A stretch of 53,793 nucleotides of DNA from contig CAAGLC010000120.1 in the NCBI GenBank assembly GCA_900770685.1, positions 1 through 53,793 on the forward strand, given 5' to 3'. Positions within the stretch are counted from its first letter, which is position 1. Each line of letters begins with the position of its first letter. The notes under the pieces were generated by a model. It searched no databases. It worked only from the letters and a program-made list of their open reading frames with translations, and was not told the origin of the DNA. This document shows positions 16,305-25,121 of this stretch, one piece after another. This DNA comes from Clostridia bacterium. GTDB lineage: Bacteria; Bacillota; Clostridia; Christensenellales; Borkfalkiaceae. The position numbers and the translations under genes are program-made.

Positions 16305-18128
16305 TTATTGTTTTCTTAAGCCCTGACTTGTTAGTGTTTGTATTATTAAGTCGGCTTGTTTATCACCTATTCCGTTAACCGTTTTTAATTCTTCCTTACT
16401 TGCGGAAATTATTCCACTAAGGTCCTTAAACTTCTCTAATAGAGCGCGTATTTTAACCTTTCCCAATCCAGAAACGCCGTCTAAAACCGAAGAAAGAGCG
16501 CGTTTACCCCTCAACGTTCTATGATACGTTATAGCAAATCTGTGCGCTTCATCTCTTAATCTCTGTAACATTTTTAGACAATAATCGCTTCTTTGCAAAA
16601 CGACCGGAGAAGGGCTATCTAAAAGATAAATCTCCTCTTGCTTTTCCGCTAACGCTATTAAATCAATATCGGTAATATTATACTGGTCGAAAACCTCTTT
16701 GACGGCTGAAAGTTGACCTTTTCCTCCGTCTATAACTATCAAATCGGGTTTAGGAAATTTCTCCGGATCGGAAACCAAGCGCGCCAATCTACGACTCATC
16801 ATCTCTTTATGACTTCTATAATCGTCTGCGCCTTCAAAACTTTCTATCTTAAACCTTCTATAATAATCTTTTTCCGGCTTCCCGTCTATGAACACGACGG
16901 CGCTTCCCACTTTATCCACTCCACTAACGTTACTAACGTCGTAACACTCCATACGCCTCGGATAATTCTTAAGCCCTAACTTTTCCTTTAATTTTTCGCA
17001 GGCTCTAACCGTCATATCCTCTTTGTGTTTTATCTGGTCGACTGCAACGGTAAGATGCTCTGTTGCATTGACGTTAGCCATATCGCAAAGTTGTTTTCTA
17101 ACTCCCTGCTTAGGAGTTGAAATTAATACGCTTTTCGTAAACTCCCTCTTAAAATACTCTTGTAATAATAAACCGTCTTCAAACTCTAATCCTAAAAGAA
17201 TTTCGCTTGGGATATCCTTATTTATTCCGTAATAACCTGTTAGAAACTGACCTATCGCTTCGCTCTCGTTCCCTGCGCACTTCATTGAAAAATTTCTACT
17301 GCCGAGCATACGTCCTTTTCTTATTATAAGCAAATTGACCACCGAATATATACCGTTAGTGCTAAATCCAACCACGTCGGCGTCCACAAACTTATTTAAC
17401 GAAGTAATTCTCTTTTTTTTTAATTTTTCTATGCTAGATAGCAGTTCTCTTATCTTTATTGCTCGCTCGAACTCCTGTTCTTCACTTGCTTTAAGCATTT
17501 TTTCTTTTAAGGTATTAACAACCTCTTCGGTATCGCCGTTTAGAAAATCTATCGCTGATTTTACTAATTCTTTATACTCGTTTTCGGAAACTAAATTACA
17601 GCACGGTGCAAGACATCTATTAAGATGATGATTAAGACAAGGTTTTTTGTTGTTTTTTAGATTTAATTTATCACACGGGCGAAGTTTATAAATCAAATTC
17701 ACCGTTTCTAAAACTTCCCTAACTGAAACGCCACCCATAAAAGGGCCGAAATATTTAGCCCCGTCTTTTTTTAATTTTCTAGTAATGGTAAAGGTTGGGA
17801 ATTTATCCTTTAAGTTTATTCTTAAATATGGATAGGTTTTATCATCCTTAAGTAAAACGTTATATCTCGGTTTATGTTTTTTTATTAGATTATTTTCTAA
17901 AGAAAGCGCATCAATCTCGTTAGGCGTTATGATATAGTAAAAATCTACAACGTTTTTTACCATAGCCATGACCTTTTCGGTCTTTACTCCGTTAAAAAAG
18001 TATTGCCTTACCCTATTTTTTAGATTTTTGGCTTTACCAACGTATATTACGTTTTGATTTTCGTCAAGCATTACGTAAACTCCGGAATTTTCCGGCAAAT
18101 GCTTGAGTTTTTCTTGGATTATTCCCAT
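16305..18128 (-). CDS. uvrC: Excinuclease ABC subunit C
   Basis: N-terminal GIY-YIG (GVYVM...YVGKAKNLKNR), UVR domain, and C-terminal endonuclease plus HhH2. 607 aa. Confidence 0.95.
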   Translation of the reverse strand: MGIIQEKLKHLPENSGVYVMLDENQNVIYVGKAKNLKNRVRQYFFNGVKTEKVMAMVKNVVDFYYIITPNEIDALSLENNLIKKHKPRYNVLLKDDKTYPYLRINLKDKFPTFTITRKLKKDGAKYFGPFMGGVSVREVLETVNLIYKLRPCDKLNLKNNKKPCLNHHLNRCLAPCCNLVSENEYKELVKSAIDFLNGDTEEVVNTLKEKMLKASEEQEFERAIKIRELLSSIEKLKKKRITSLNKFVDADVVGFSTNGIYSVVNLLIIRKGRMLGSRNFSMKCAGNESEAIGQFLTGYYGINKDIPSEILLGLEFEDGLLLQEYFKREFTKSVLISTPKQGVRKQLCDMANVNATEHLTVAVDQIKHKEDMTVRACEKLKEKLGLKNYPRRMECYDVSNVSGVDKVGSAVVFIDGKPEKDYYRRFKIESFEGADDYRSHKEMMSRRLARLVSDPEKFPKPDLIVIDGGKGQLSAVKEVFDQYNITDIDLIALAEKQEEIYLLDSPSPVVLQRSDYCLKMLQRLRDEAHRFAITYHRTLRGKRALSSVLDGVSGLGKVKIRALLEKFKDLSGIISASKEELKTVNGIGDKQADLIIQTLTSQGLRKQ

Positions 18129-18135
18129 AAATAAT

Positions 18136-18164
18136 ATTATATACTTTTTTGTAACTTTTTACAA
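18136..18164 (-). promoter_or_regulatory. Sigma-A type promoter placed for a leaderless uvrC transcript
   Basis: Minus strand TTGTAA, 17-nt spacer, TATAAT. The -10 ends 8 nt before the uvrC ATG. The intervening attattt has no SD. Confidence 0.45.
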
Positions 18165-18202
18165 GTATATAAATCGAACTACGCTTTTTTAACCTTCTAA
18201 TC

Positions 18203-18234
18203 TAAAAATAAAAACGCCTCTAATCGAGGCGTTT
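18203..18234 (-). terminator. Rho-independent terminator after the ArsR-family gene
   Basis: Stem acgcctc/gaggcgt followed on the minus strand by tttttattttt. Confidence 0.75.
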
Positions 18235-18261
18235 AACCTAAAATTTATTGCGTTTATAATT

Positions 18262-18594
18262 TTAATACCCTAAAAACTCCACGCCTTTTAGCAATATGTC
18301 GTTTAAGGCTTCGTTCCTAAGCGAATAAAAAACTACCTTGCCCTGACGCTTAGTCTTGACGGCGTTTAAGTTTTTTAACAGCCGTAACTGATGGGAAACG
18401 GTCGTTTGATTTAGTCCTAAAAGCGTTGACAAATCTGAAACGCACATCTCGGATATTGCTAAAGCAGAAATCATTTTTATCCTAGTATAGTCGGAAAAAA
18501 TTGAGAAAAAACTAACTAAATCGTCCAAAATTTCCCCCGTTGGCACGTATTCTTCAACTAATCCTTGTAGCCTTTTATCGAGCAAAACGTTCAT
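18262..18594 (-). CDS. ArsR/SmtB-family transcriptional regulator (110 aa)
   Basis: wHTH core FSDYTRIKMISALAISEMCVSDLSTLLGLNQTTVSHQLRLL. I take the start at the internal ATG at 18594 (GGGGGA SD). The listed N-terminal 45 aa run across the promoter region and look spurious. Confidence 0.8.
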   Translation of the reverse strand: MNVLLDKRLQGLVEEYVPTGEILDDLVSFFSIFSDYTRIKMISALAISEMCVSDLSTLLGLNQTTVSHQLRLLKNLNAVKTKRQGKVVFYSLRNEALNDILLKGVEFLGY

Positions 18595-18719
18595 TTTATT
18601 CCCCCTTAATCTAATAAAAATGATTGTACACGTATTATAACATAAATAAAAAGAGTTATTTTTAAAATATTTAGCGCATAAAATACAAAAATAGCGTTTT
18701 TTGAAAAAGGAGGTTATAT

Positions 18720-18878
18720 ATGAATTCAACCAATATAGCGCTTATTGGTCTTTTACTCTTGCTAACGACGAACAATACCATTACCACAACGCAACTACTA
18801 CTCTTGCTTGCGCTATTATCAACGACTGGAACTTGGAATTGTTTATGCCAAAATAACAACGCTACCGTTCTTACTTAA
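18720..18878 (+). CDS. Unannotated 52-aa Leu/Thr/Asn-rich small protein (MNSTNIALIGLLLLLTTNNTITTTQLLLLLALLSTTGTWNCLCQNNNATVLT)
   Basis: It is below the ORF-track size cut-off. A strong SD AGGAGG lies 6 nt upstream of the ATG. The ORF ends 6 nt before a strong hairpin terminator and is divergent from the ArsR gene. Confidence 0.45.
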   Translation: MNSTNIALIGLLLLLTTNNTITTTQLLLLLALLSTTGTWNCLCQNNNATVLT

Positions 18879-18883
18879 AATAA

Positions 18884-18919
18884 AAGAAAGGGCAAATGCT
18901 TGCCCTTTCTTTTATTTTA
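18884..18919. terminator. Bidirectional rho-independent terminator
   Basis: Stem aagaaagggca/tgccctttctt with T-rich tails on both strands. It serves the small + ORF and the convergent S-component gene. Confidence 0.8.
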
Positions 18920-19430
18920 TTATACGTCTAATTAGTTTAACTAATGGTATAAACCCTATTATGATACTCGCAACTGCGCATACGACGTGCGGGATTAAAA
19001 TGGAAAGCGACGCTACAAAATATGCCTTCGTAGCCTCTAACGAATAGCCGTAGTAAACGGGTGTTATAACGTTATCAAGCAACGTAAAGCAAACGGTCAA
19101 AATTCCCACCATTAAGGTAACGATAATTAAGGTCTTTAGTCCCGTGCACCACCTAAGTCCTCTCGCCAAAAGAGAAACGGCTAGCGAAAATAGATTATAA
19201 TATATTAGATATAGTATAAGCACGTTTGGAAAAAACCCGAAAACTAAGCACCTGAGTAGCGAAAACGCCGTTGAAAGCATTAGGCTTTTCCACGTTCCAA
19301 AGCAAAAAGCAAATACCGCTAAAAGTAGCGTAATTATTTCTACGCCCGATATAAAAGATAATGCAAGTTGCGCGCCGATCAGTAAGGCAGTGTAAAGTCC
19401 AATCAACGCTAAATCCCTAGTCGTTTTCAT
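18912..19430 (-). CDS. ECF-transporter S-component-like membrane protein, probably cobalamin-specific (CbrT-like) by context
   Basis: 172 aa with about 6 TM segments. N-terminus TRDLALIGLYTALLIG is typical of S components. It lies downstream of a cobalamin riboswitch. Confidence 0.6.
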   Translation of the reverse strand: MKTTRDLALIGLYTALLIGAQLALSFISGVEIITLLLAVFAFCFGTWKSLMLSTAFSLLRCLVFGFFPNVLILYLIYYNLFSLAVSLLARGLRWCTGLKTLIIVTLMVGILTVCFTLLDNVITPVYYGYSLEATKAYFVASLSILIPHVVCAVASIIIGFIPLVKLIRRIIK

Positions 19431-19432
19431 AA

Positions 19433-19828
19433 TTAAAAGGTTTGATAAGTTAAAATATAAATTGCGCCGTCTTTTATGGGAAGTTCTTCAATCCCTAAAG
19501 TTGCCGAAGAATACGTTACGCCGTCTTTTTCATAAGTACCCCACGCCGTATTGGAATATTCAAAGTCGTTAGTATAAATCATCCAATACTGATTAGTACC
19601 GTTTTTAACGCCGTTTACTTCGGTAATCATGCCGTTTGAAATCTCGTACATCATCTCCCCTTCGCTAACCAAATAGTCCATATAATCTTTTAAGGTTTTA
19701 TCTTCTATTTGAATTTTCGTTCCGTCAACCGAAATAACAACGTCGTCTGCAGTTTTATCGCACGAAAACAAACACAACGAACAAACGACTAACAATAATA
19801 AAGCAAAGATATTAGTTAATTTTTTCAT
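19433..19828 (-). CDS. DUF4430-family lipoprotein (transcobalamin-like B12-binding domain)
   Basis: Lipobox LFSC. The core NGTNQYWMIYTND...DGAIYILTY is typical of DUF4430. It is the first gene after the cobalamin riboswitch. Confidence 0.65.
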   Translation of the reverse strand: MKKLTNIFALLLLVVCSLCLFSCDKTADDVVISVDGTKIQIEDKTLKDYMDYLVSEGEMMYEISNGMITEVNGVKNGTNQYWMIYTNDFEYSNTAWGTYEKDGVTYSSATLGIEELPIKDGAIYILTYQTF

Positions 19829-19850
19829 TTTTCATTTCTCCTTTTTTTAA

Positions 19851-19876
19851 TAAAAAAATACGCCACTTGGGCGTAT
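19851..19876 (-). terminator. Riboswitch expression-platform terminator
   Basis: Minus strand atacgcc-caagt-ggcgtat followed by ttttttt, about 20 nt before the GGAGA SD of the DUF4430 gene. Confidence 0.65.
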
Positions 19877-20015
19877 ATACTATATGCTTAGTGTTTTTCT
19901 TCACTGCCCAAGAACACCTAAGCCACCTAACGAGTAGGTTATCGGACTGTAACCGTAATGACCGTTGCGACGGATTTTCACCGTTCTTCCCCTACTTTTG
20001 GCATTTAATAATACC
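19877..20015 (-). promoter_or_regulatory. Cobalamin (B12) riboswitch aptamer
   Basis: The minus strand reads GGGGAAGAACGGTGAAAATCCGTCGCAACGGTC...ACAGTCCGATAACCTACT. This matches the conserved GGGAA..GGUGAAAAUCC core and a B12-box-like AGUCcGAuAACCU element. Confidence 0.75.
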
Positions 20016-20051
20016 GGTTCGTTAGTTTTTTTATATTAATTTTTTTCTTCT

Positions 20052-20525
20052 CTATTTTTCGTCGTACTCTCTTGCAAACAAGAAAAATAAAGTGGACAAC
20101 TTGTTTAAGTACTCGAAGATGATTATACTTCCACCGTACTTTTCATAAACTCTTGCGTACGCTCTTTCCGCTCTACGAGTAACCGTTCTAACTACGTGAG
20201 CCTTTGCTCCTATTAAGGTTTCGCCCGGCATCACAAAGCCCTTAAACTCGCCTACTATCTCTTTATAATAGCAAATCAACTCGTTCAATTCGTCAAGATG
20301 AAGTTTACCTACGTGCGTTTTCGCGCCTGCCGTTTCCGCCATCATAACCGAAAGAATATTTACTATCTTTCTTAGTTCCATTTCCTTTTTTCTATCGTCA
20401 AGATAATGAATAAACTCCATAATTACTGCAGACAACTCGTCAACCTGACCAAAAAACTCTATTTTTTCGTCGGTTTTAAGGGTTTTATCTCCCACGAGGT
20501 CGGTTTTTAAGGGTTGCTCTTTCAT
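20052..20525 (-). CDS. pduO: PduO-type ATP:cob(I)alamin adenosyltransferase (short form)
   Basis: FFGQVDELSAVI and the C-terminal PGETLIGAKAHVVRTVTRRAER are typical of PduO/MMAB-type adenosyltransferases. Confidence 0.7.
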   Translation of the reverse strand: MKEQPLKTDLVGDKTLKTDEKIEFFGQVDELSAVIMEFIHYLDDRKKEMELRKIVNILSVMMAETAGAKTHVGKLHLDELNELICYYKEIVGEFKGFVMPGETLIGAKAHVVRTVTRRAERAYARVYEKYGGSIIIFEYLNKLSTLFFLFAREYDEK

Positions 20526-20526
20526 A

Positions 20527-21756
20527 CTAATCTTCCTTAAAATAAAAATTTTCCTTTATCTTCTTCATAAGCGTACAAGCGATAAGCAAATCTGCCGACC
20601 CACCTATGCTTATACCGTTTTCTATACAAATATCGCTAACTCTTTTTTGCTCTTTTTTATCGTCGGGACAGTTTGTAATTAGAGCCTTAAAGAAGTTATA
20701 CCTATCGTTTGTTCCCGCTCTCTTTAGTAATACCGTATCGTCGGTATTTTTTAATATATATTTTAAAAGTTGTATAGGCTCTATCCTGTCGGCACGCTCT
20801 AAAGCCTTTTTAACGGCTACAAATCCTTCCTTTCCGTTAATAAGGGCGTTCTTAAATCCTAAATTAATAGCCTTATAGCCAAAAGTATCTTTCGGTTGTT
20901 CAAAATTATTAAGAATATTTTTAACGTTTTCAAAAACCCTATCAAAGTTTTGAAGTTTTTTAAGCGTATATCCTACGCTACAAAGCAACGCGCCACCAAC
21001 GAAAATAAAGCCTTTATAGGAATTTGCACCGTTAGTTGCTTTAAGCATTTTTTCTTCACAACTCTTACCTGTTTTTATAAGAGGCTCTTTCATTTTATCA
21101 AAAGATTCAAAATTAACGCCCACGAAAAAGGCTTTTGCCAACTCTTCCTTAAATGATGTAACGCTTGCTTTCATTAGGTTATAGGATAAATCGCTATGGG
21201 AACCGTTGCTTTTAGGAGTTACAAGCCCGAACTTATCTTCTATATCCAATTCAAATAAAACGCTTTCTTCAATTAACTTTGATAAAACTTCTAACAAAAA
21301 CTCTTGGCTTTTTTCGGTTAAAAACCTAATTAGTTCACTAGTGCTATGCGTTTTATTTCTTCCACAAACGAACGCAGGTTGCTCGCAAAGAAAACACTTG
21401 CGTTTTTTTTGTCTTGATAAACTTCTGTCGCTATCCTTTAACGTAACGTCTAAATCTATAAATCTCCCTATCGGGTGATTTTCTTCAAGAGTAGTGGTAA
21501 AATCTTTTGCTTTTTCGCCGTCTTCTACCGTGCAAAACACCGTAGTCCCGTCAAGCCCCGTTTGAACGCTTTTAACGTTCGCTCCGTTATTAACGCAAAG
21601 TTTACAAAAGTAACTTATTAAAATATTCGATACCCAAAGATTTTTATCAAATCCGGGAATATTTGCTTTAACCGTTAAAACGTTAGAAGTTTTTGCTAAT
21701 TTATTAATCTCTTCCCGTCTTTTTTCTCTGGCTTCTAAAATGCCGTCGTTTACCAT
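20527..21756 (-). CDS. citXG: Bifunctional CitX/CitG-type protein: holo-ACP synthase fused to triphosphoribosyl-dephospho-CoA synthase
   Basis: 409 aa. The N-terminal ~170 aa are CitX-like and the C-terminal ~230 aa are CitG-like (GGSADLLIA near the end). It overlaps citC by 7 nt. Confidence 0.7.
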   Translation of the reverse strand: MVNDGILEAREKRREEINKLAKTSNVLTVKANIPGFDKNLWVSNILISYFCKLCVNNGANVKSVQTGLDGTTVFCTVEDGEKAKDFTTTLEENHPIGRFIDLDVTLKDSDRSLSRQKKRKCFLCEQPAFVCGRNKTHSTSELIRFLTEKSQEFLLEVLSKLIEESVLFELDIEDKFGLVTPKSNGSHSDLSYNLMKASVTSFKEELAKAFFVGVNFESFDKMKEPLIKTGKSCEEKMLKATNGANSYKGFIFVGGALLCSVGYTLKKLQNFDRVFENVKNILNNFEQPKDTFGYKAINLGFKNALINGKEGFVAVKKALERADRIEPIQLLKYILKNTDDTVLLKRAGTNDRYNFFKALITNCPDDKKEQKRVSDICIENGISIGGSADLLIACTLMKKIKENFYFKED

Positions 21757-22745
21757 TTTTTCGTGCTATTTATAAGGTTTAATACTGCTCTTGTTGACTG
21801 TGGAACTAATACAAGCGCCTCGTTAGTTTTCCCGTTTTTAAGAAGTTTTCTAACTTCTTTTGCAGAAATAACTTTATCGTTTAGACAAAATCTTTCAACT
21901 ATTTCCACCTTTTCTTTTAGAACGTTTTTAACCGTCTGATTGTAAACTTGCATATACTCGGTCGTTTCTTCGCCGAAGTACCTTTTAACTATTCCAAGCT
22001 CACTCATAAAGTATTTTTCAAACACCTTTGCATCGTACTCGGCAAAAGCCCTCGTCAATTTATCGCAATCTTTAATAAAATAATCGGGAAACGTAGATTT
22101 AGAAACTATATAATCGGTAGATGGTAGCACCGAAACCCTTTCCCCAAACGCTCTCGTCGCTAAAAATGCTAACGAATACCTTTCCTTAAAGGAAAACTCG
22201 GATAAATCTTCCTGCAAAACGAAAAGTATTAATCTATTGTGTTTTTTTAAGGCGTATTCACAAAGCGCCAAATGTCCGTTAGTAAAGGGATTGCCGTTTA
22301 TAACGATACCTGCGGTATCTTGGTCTATTGCCCCAAACTCCATTATTACTTTGGTTTTTAAGTCGCTAACCGTCTTTTTAACGTTGCACTCTCCACCTTC
22401 TAAAGCGATAAAGTCGCTCCCTTCAACGAGCAAATTAAAGCCCATACTTATAAAAAGTGGCAAGTATTCCGGTTTGGTAAAAAACTTGTACCCAAAAATA
22501 CCTTGTTCACGCAATTTTGATATAACGTGGTCGCAAAGTTTTAAGGCAAGATTTTCCCCTTGCGCGCTCTTATCTACGGCAAGTAGCATAATGAGATTGC
22601 CGGAAAGAGAAACCGTTCCTAAAATCTTACCGTCTTCAACGGCGTAAACGGTGTACGAAACCGGTCTGTATTCTAAATTGAATTTACTCAAGAACTCCTT
22701 AACAGACTGTTTTTCGCTCTCAAGTATCGCTTGAATTAATTCCAT
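21750..22745 (-). CDS. citC: [Citrate/citramalate lyase] ligase (acetate:SH-ACP ligase)
   Basis: N-terminal GNAT-like domain plus a cytidylyltransferase-like domain with NGNPFTNGH. Confidence 0.8.
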   Translation of the reverse strand: MELIQAILESEKQSVKEFLSKFNLEYRPVSYTVYAVEDGKILGTVSLSGNLIMLLAVDKSAQGENLALKLCDHVISKLREQGIFGYKFFTKPEYLPLFISMGFNLLVEGSDFIALEGGECNVKKTVSDLKTKVIMEFGAIDQDTAGIVINGNPFTNGHLALCEYALKKHNRLILFVLQEDLSEFSFKERYSLAFLATRAFGERVSVLPSTDYIVSKSTFPDYFIKDCDKLTRAFAEYDAKVFEKYFMSELGIVKRYFGEETTEYMQVYNQTVKNVLKEKVEIVERFCLNDKVISAKEVRKLLKNGKTNEALVLVPQSTRAVLNLINSTKKW

Positions 22746-22751
22746 AAACTC

Positions 22752-24257
22752 CTATACTTTATAAATTGTATCAATTGCCGTACCGTCGCGGTAAACTACA
22801 ACGCCTATAGGCGCTTTTGAAAACTCAACTTTTTTGGGCTTTCCAGTAATTTCATAAGCCTTTTCTAAAAGTTTTTCAATTGGCATTACAGGGAGCGTAG
22901 TGTTTTTTAGTTTTTCTAAAATATCCGTTCTCTTGGGATTAACTGCTATTCCCCTTTCGGTAACTAAAATATCAACGTCTTCGCCGGGAGTGGTAACGGT
23001 AGTTACCTTTTCTTTAATTATAGGCATACGAGATTTAATAAGATTGGTGGTTATAACAGTAACTTTCGCTCCGTGAGCCGTATCGCTATGTCCACCAGAA
23101 CCACCCATAATTACTCCGTGAGAATCTGTGGTTACGTTTACGTTGAAATCTAAATCTATTTCGGTTGCGCCTAAGATAACGAAATCTAACTTATCTACGA
23201 TATTGTCTTCGTAACAGTTTGCATATCTACTACCACTCATCAAAACGTGGTTTTCGTTCTTCATTGCAGAGCGAACGGCGTTAAGGTCGAAACATTGGAC
23301 GTCGTAAAGGTTGTCAAACATACCTTCTTCAAGCATTTCGGTAAAGTAGCCGGTTATTCCACCGGACGCAAAACTTCCTTTAATTTTACGCTCTTTCATC
23401 ATTTTTTTAACGTAATGCGCAACAGCCAAACTCGTTCCGCCTGCACCCGTTTGCATTGATACGCCGTCCTTAATTAACCCTATTTCGTCTAACGCTTGCG
23501 AAGCAAGGCGGGCAATCTTTAATCCTACGGGGTCTTTAGTTAACTTGGTAGTACCTGAAACTATACCCTCAGGGTCGCCAATGGCTTGCACTTTTAATAC
23601 GTAATCGACGTATTTACCGTCAAGTTGCGGATTTTCTATTTGGTCAACCATATTATCGGTAACGAAAACGACTTTTTTAGCGTAATAAAGGTCGCTCACG
23701 GCGTAACCTAAACTTCCACAAGCGCTTTTACCGAATCTACCCGTGCCGTTACCGTTTTTATCAACGGTTGGAACGCCTAAAATTGCTACATCGATAGACA
23801 AATCACCCGTTTCAATAGCAAGTGGTCTTCCACCGTGAGTGTACATAACGAATAAATCTTTTAGTTTTCCTTCAGATATGGCTTTAGCAACAGGTCCGTT
23901 AGCGTAATTTGCCGATAAACCGGTAACGTTGCCGTTCTCTATTAGTGGAATTAAAGATGCGTTTGCAGGGAAAATAGAACTCGGCGCTAAAACCATGTCT
24001 TTAAGGTCTCTTTTCTCAATTTCCTTTAATACTTCGTTCAAAACGTAGTCCCCGTTTCTTAAATGATGGTGAAACGATAACGTCATTCCGTCTTTAATAC
24101 CCAACTTATCGAAAAGTTCCGAATAACTCGATAACTGTATAAAACCCTCGCTCGTTTGCTTTTTAGCAATTTTTTTGACAGGTTTGTTTTTGTAATCGTT
24201 ACTGCCGTTGAAAGGAATAAATCCATCAGGCACGTTTCTATTTAATAAATTTTTCAT
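22752..24257 (-). CDS. citF: Citrate-lyase-type alpha subunit (CoA-transferase); citramalate lyase alpha by context
   Basis: 501 aa, CitF family (SFHHHLRNGD, GGHSDTA). Confidence 0.85.
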   Translation of the reverse strand: MKNLLNRNVPDGFIPFNGSNDYKNKPVKKIAKKQTSEGFIQLSSYSELFDKLGIKDGMTLSFHHHLRNGDYVLNEVLKEIEKRDLKDMVLAPSSIFPANASLIPLIENGNVTGLSANYANGPVAKAISEGKLKDLFVMYTHGGRPLAIETGDLSIDVAILGVPTVDKNGNGTGRFGKSACGSLGYAVSDLYYAKKVVFVTDNMVDQIENPQLDGKYVDYVLKVQAIGDPEGIVSGTTKLTKDPVGLKIARLASQALDEIGLIKDGVSMQTGAGGTSLAVAHYVKKMMKERKIKGSFASGGITGYFTEMLEEGMFDNLYDVQCFDLNAVRSAMKNENHVLMSGSRYANCYEDNIVDKLDFVILGATEIDLDFNVNVTTDSHGVIMGGSGGHSDTAHGAKVTVITTNLIKSRMPIIKEKVTTVTTPGEDVDILVTERGIAVNPKRTDILEKLKNTTLPVMPIEKLLEKAYEITGKPKKVEFSKAPIGVVVYRDGTAIDTIYKV

Positions 24258-24260
24258 ACT

Positions 24261-25121
24261 TTATATAAGATTATAGCGTTTTGCTTTTACTAAGATTTTC
24301 TTTGCTCTCTCGATTATTGGTTTATCAACCATCTTGCCGTCTAAACTAAACACGCCAAGACCTTTTTCCATAGCCACTTTATTTGCTTCTTCAACCCTTA
24401 AAGCCCATTTAATTTTATCCATCGTAGGAACGAAGGCTTGATTTATTGCGCCAACTTGATTGGGGTGAATCGCCGCCTTAGAAGTAAAACCTAAACCCAC
24501 TGCAAACTTACAATCTTCGTTTAACCCCGTTTCGTCGTTAGTATCGGTAAAAGGCGTATCAATTGAGTCTATTTTATATGCCGAGCAAGCGTAAACTATA
24601 CGCATTCTGGGATATAAAATTTCGTCGCCTTTCTTCGTCCTTGAAATTTCTAAATCACTCGATAAATCTTCTGCGCCAAGCAAAATGCCGTTTACTCTAG
24701 GCGCTTTAACGATTTTTTCGATTTCTAAAACCGACCACGAAGATTCAATTATAGGAATAACGGCAATCTTCTTTTGAAGATTTCTCTCCTTTTCTAAACG
24801 AGTTAAAATTTGGTCTAACTCGATAAGAGTTTGCTCTGTTGCTTTAGGTAGCATTATCGTATCGATTTTATCGCTAACAACCTTTTCTAAATCTTTTAAG
24901 TAAAACTCAGTATCTAATCCGTTTATTCTTATAACGATTTCCATTGGGAAAGGTTGTTCTTTTGAATTTAAGAACTCCGAAACTAAAACTCTAGCAGAAT
25001 CCTTTTCGGTAACGCTAACGGCGTCTTCCAAATCGTAAATTACGGCATCCGCCTCGAAAACGTCGGAATTTTGGAGCATTGCGGGATTATTTGCCGGCAT
25101 AAAAAGTAAACTTCTTCTCAT
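24261..25121 (-). CDS. citE: Citrate-lyase-type beta subunit (citryl/citramalyl-CoA lyase, HpcH/HpaI fold)
   Basis: RRSLLFMPANNP at the N-terminus, DLEDAV, and GFTSKAAIHPNQV. Confidence 0.85.
   Translation of the reverse strand: MRRSLLFMPANNPAMLQNSDVFEADAVIYDLEDAVSVTEKDSARVLVSEFLNSKEQPFPMEIVIRINGLDTEFYLKDLEKVVSDKIDTIMLPKATEQTLIELDQILTRLEKERNLQKKIAVIPIIESSWSVLEIEKIVKAPRVNGILLGAEDLSSDLEISRTKKGDEILYPRMRIVYACSAYKIDSIDTPFTDTNDETGLNEDCKFAVGLGFTSKAAIHPNQVGAINQAFVPTMDKIKWALRVEEANKVAMEKGLGVFSLDGKMVDKPIIERAKKILVKAKRYNLI

Noticed and set aside
18671-18859. 62-aa minus-strand ORF in the ArsR upstream region, and the 45-aa N-terminal extension of the ArsR ORF (18595-18729)
   Set aside because: Both run through the divergent promoter region. 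The ArsR wHTH protein is complete from the internal ATG at 18594, which has a GGGGGA SD. The plus-strand 52-aa ORF has the strong SD and the terminator instead.
22237-22647. 136-aa + strand ORF antisense to citC. Similar antisense ORFs occur within alaS, cysS, serS, lon, uvrC, citXG, glmL, groEL, EF-G and others.
   Set aside because: Each is embedded in a confidently identified gene on the other strand or frame and has no family resemblance or ribosome-binding site. This is the typical antisense open-frame artefact.
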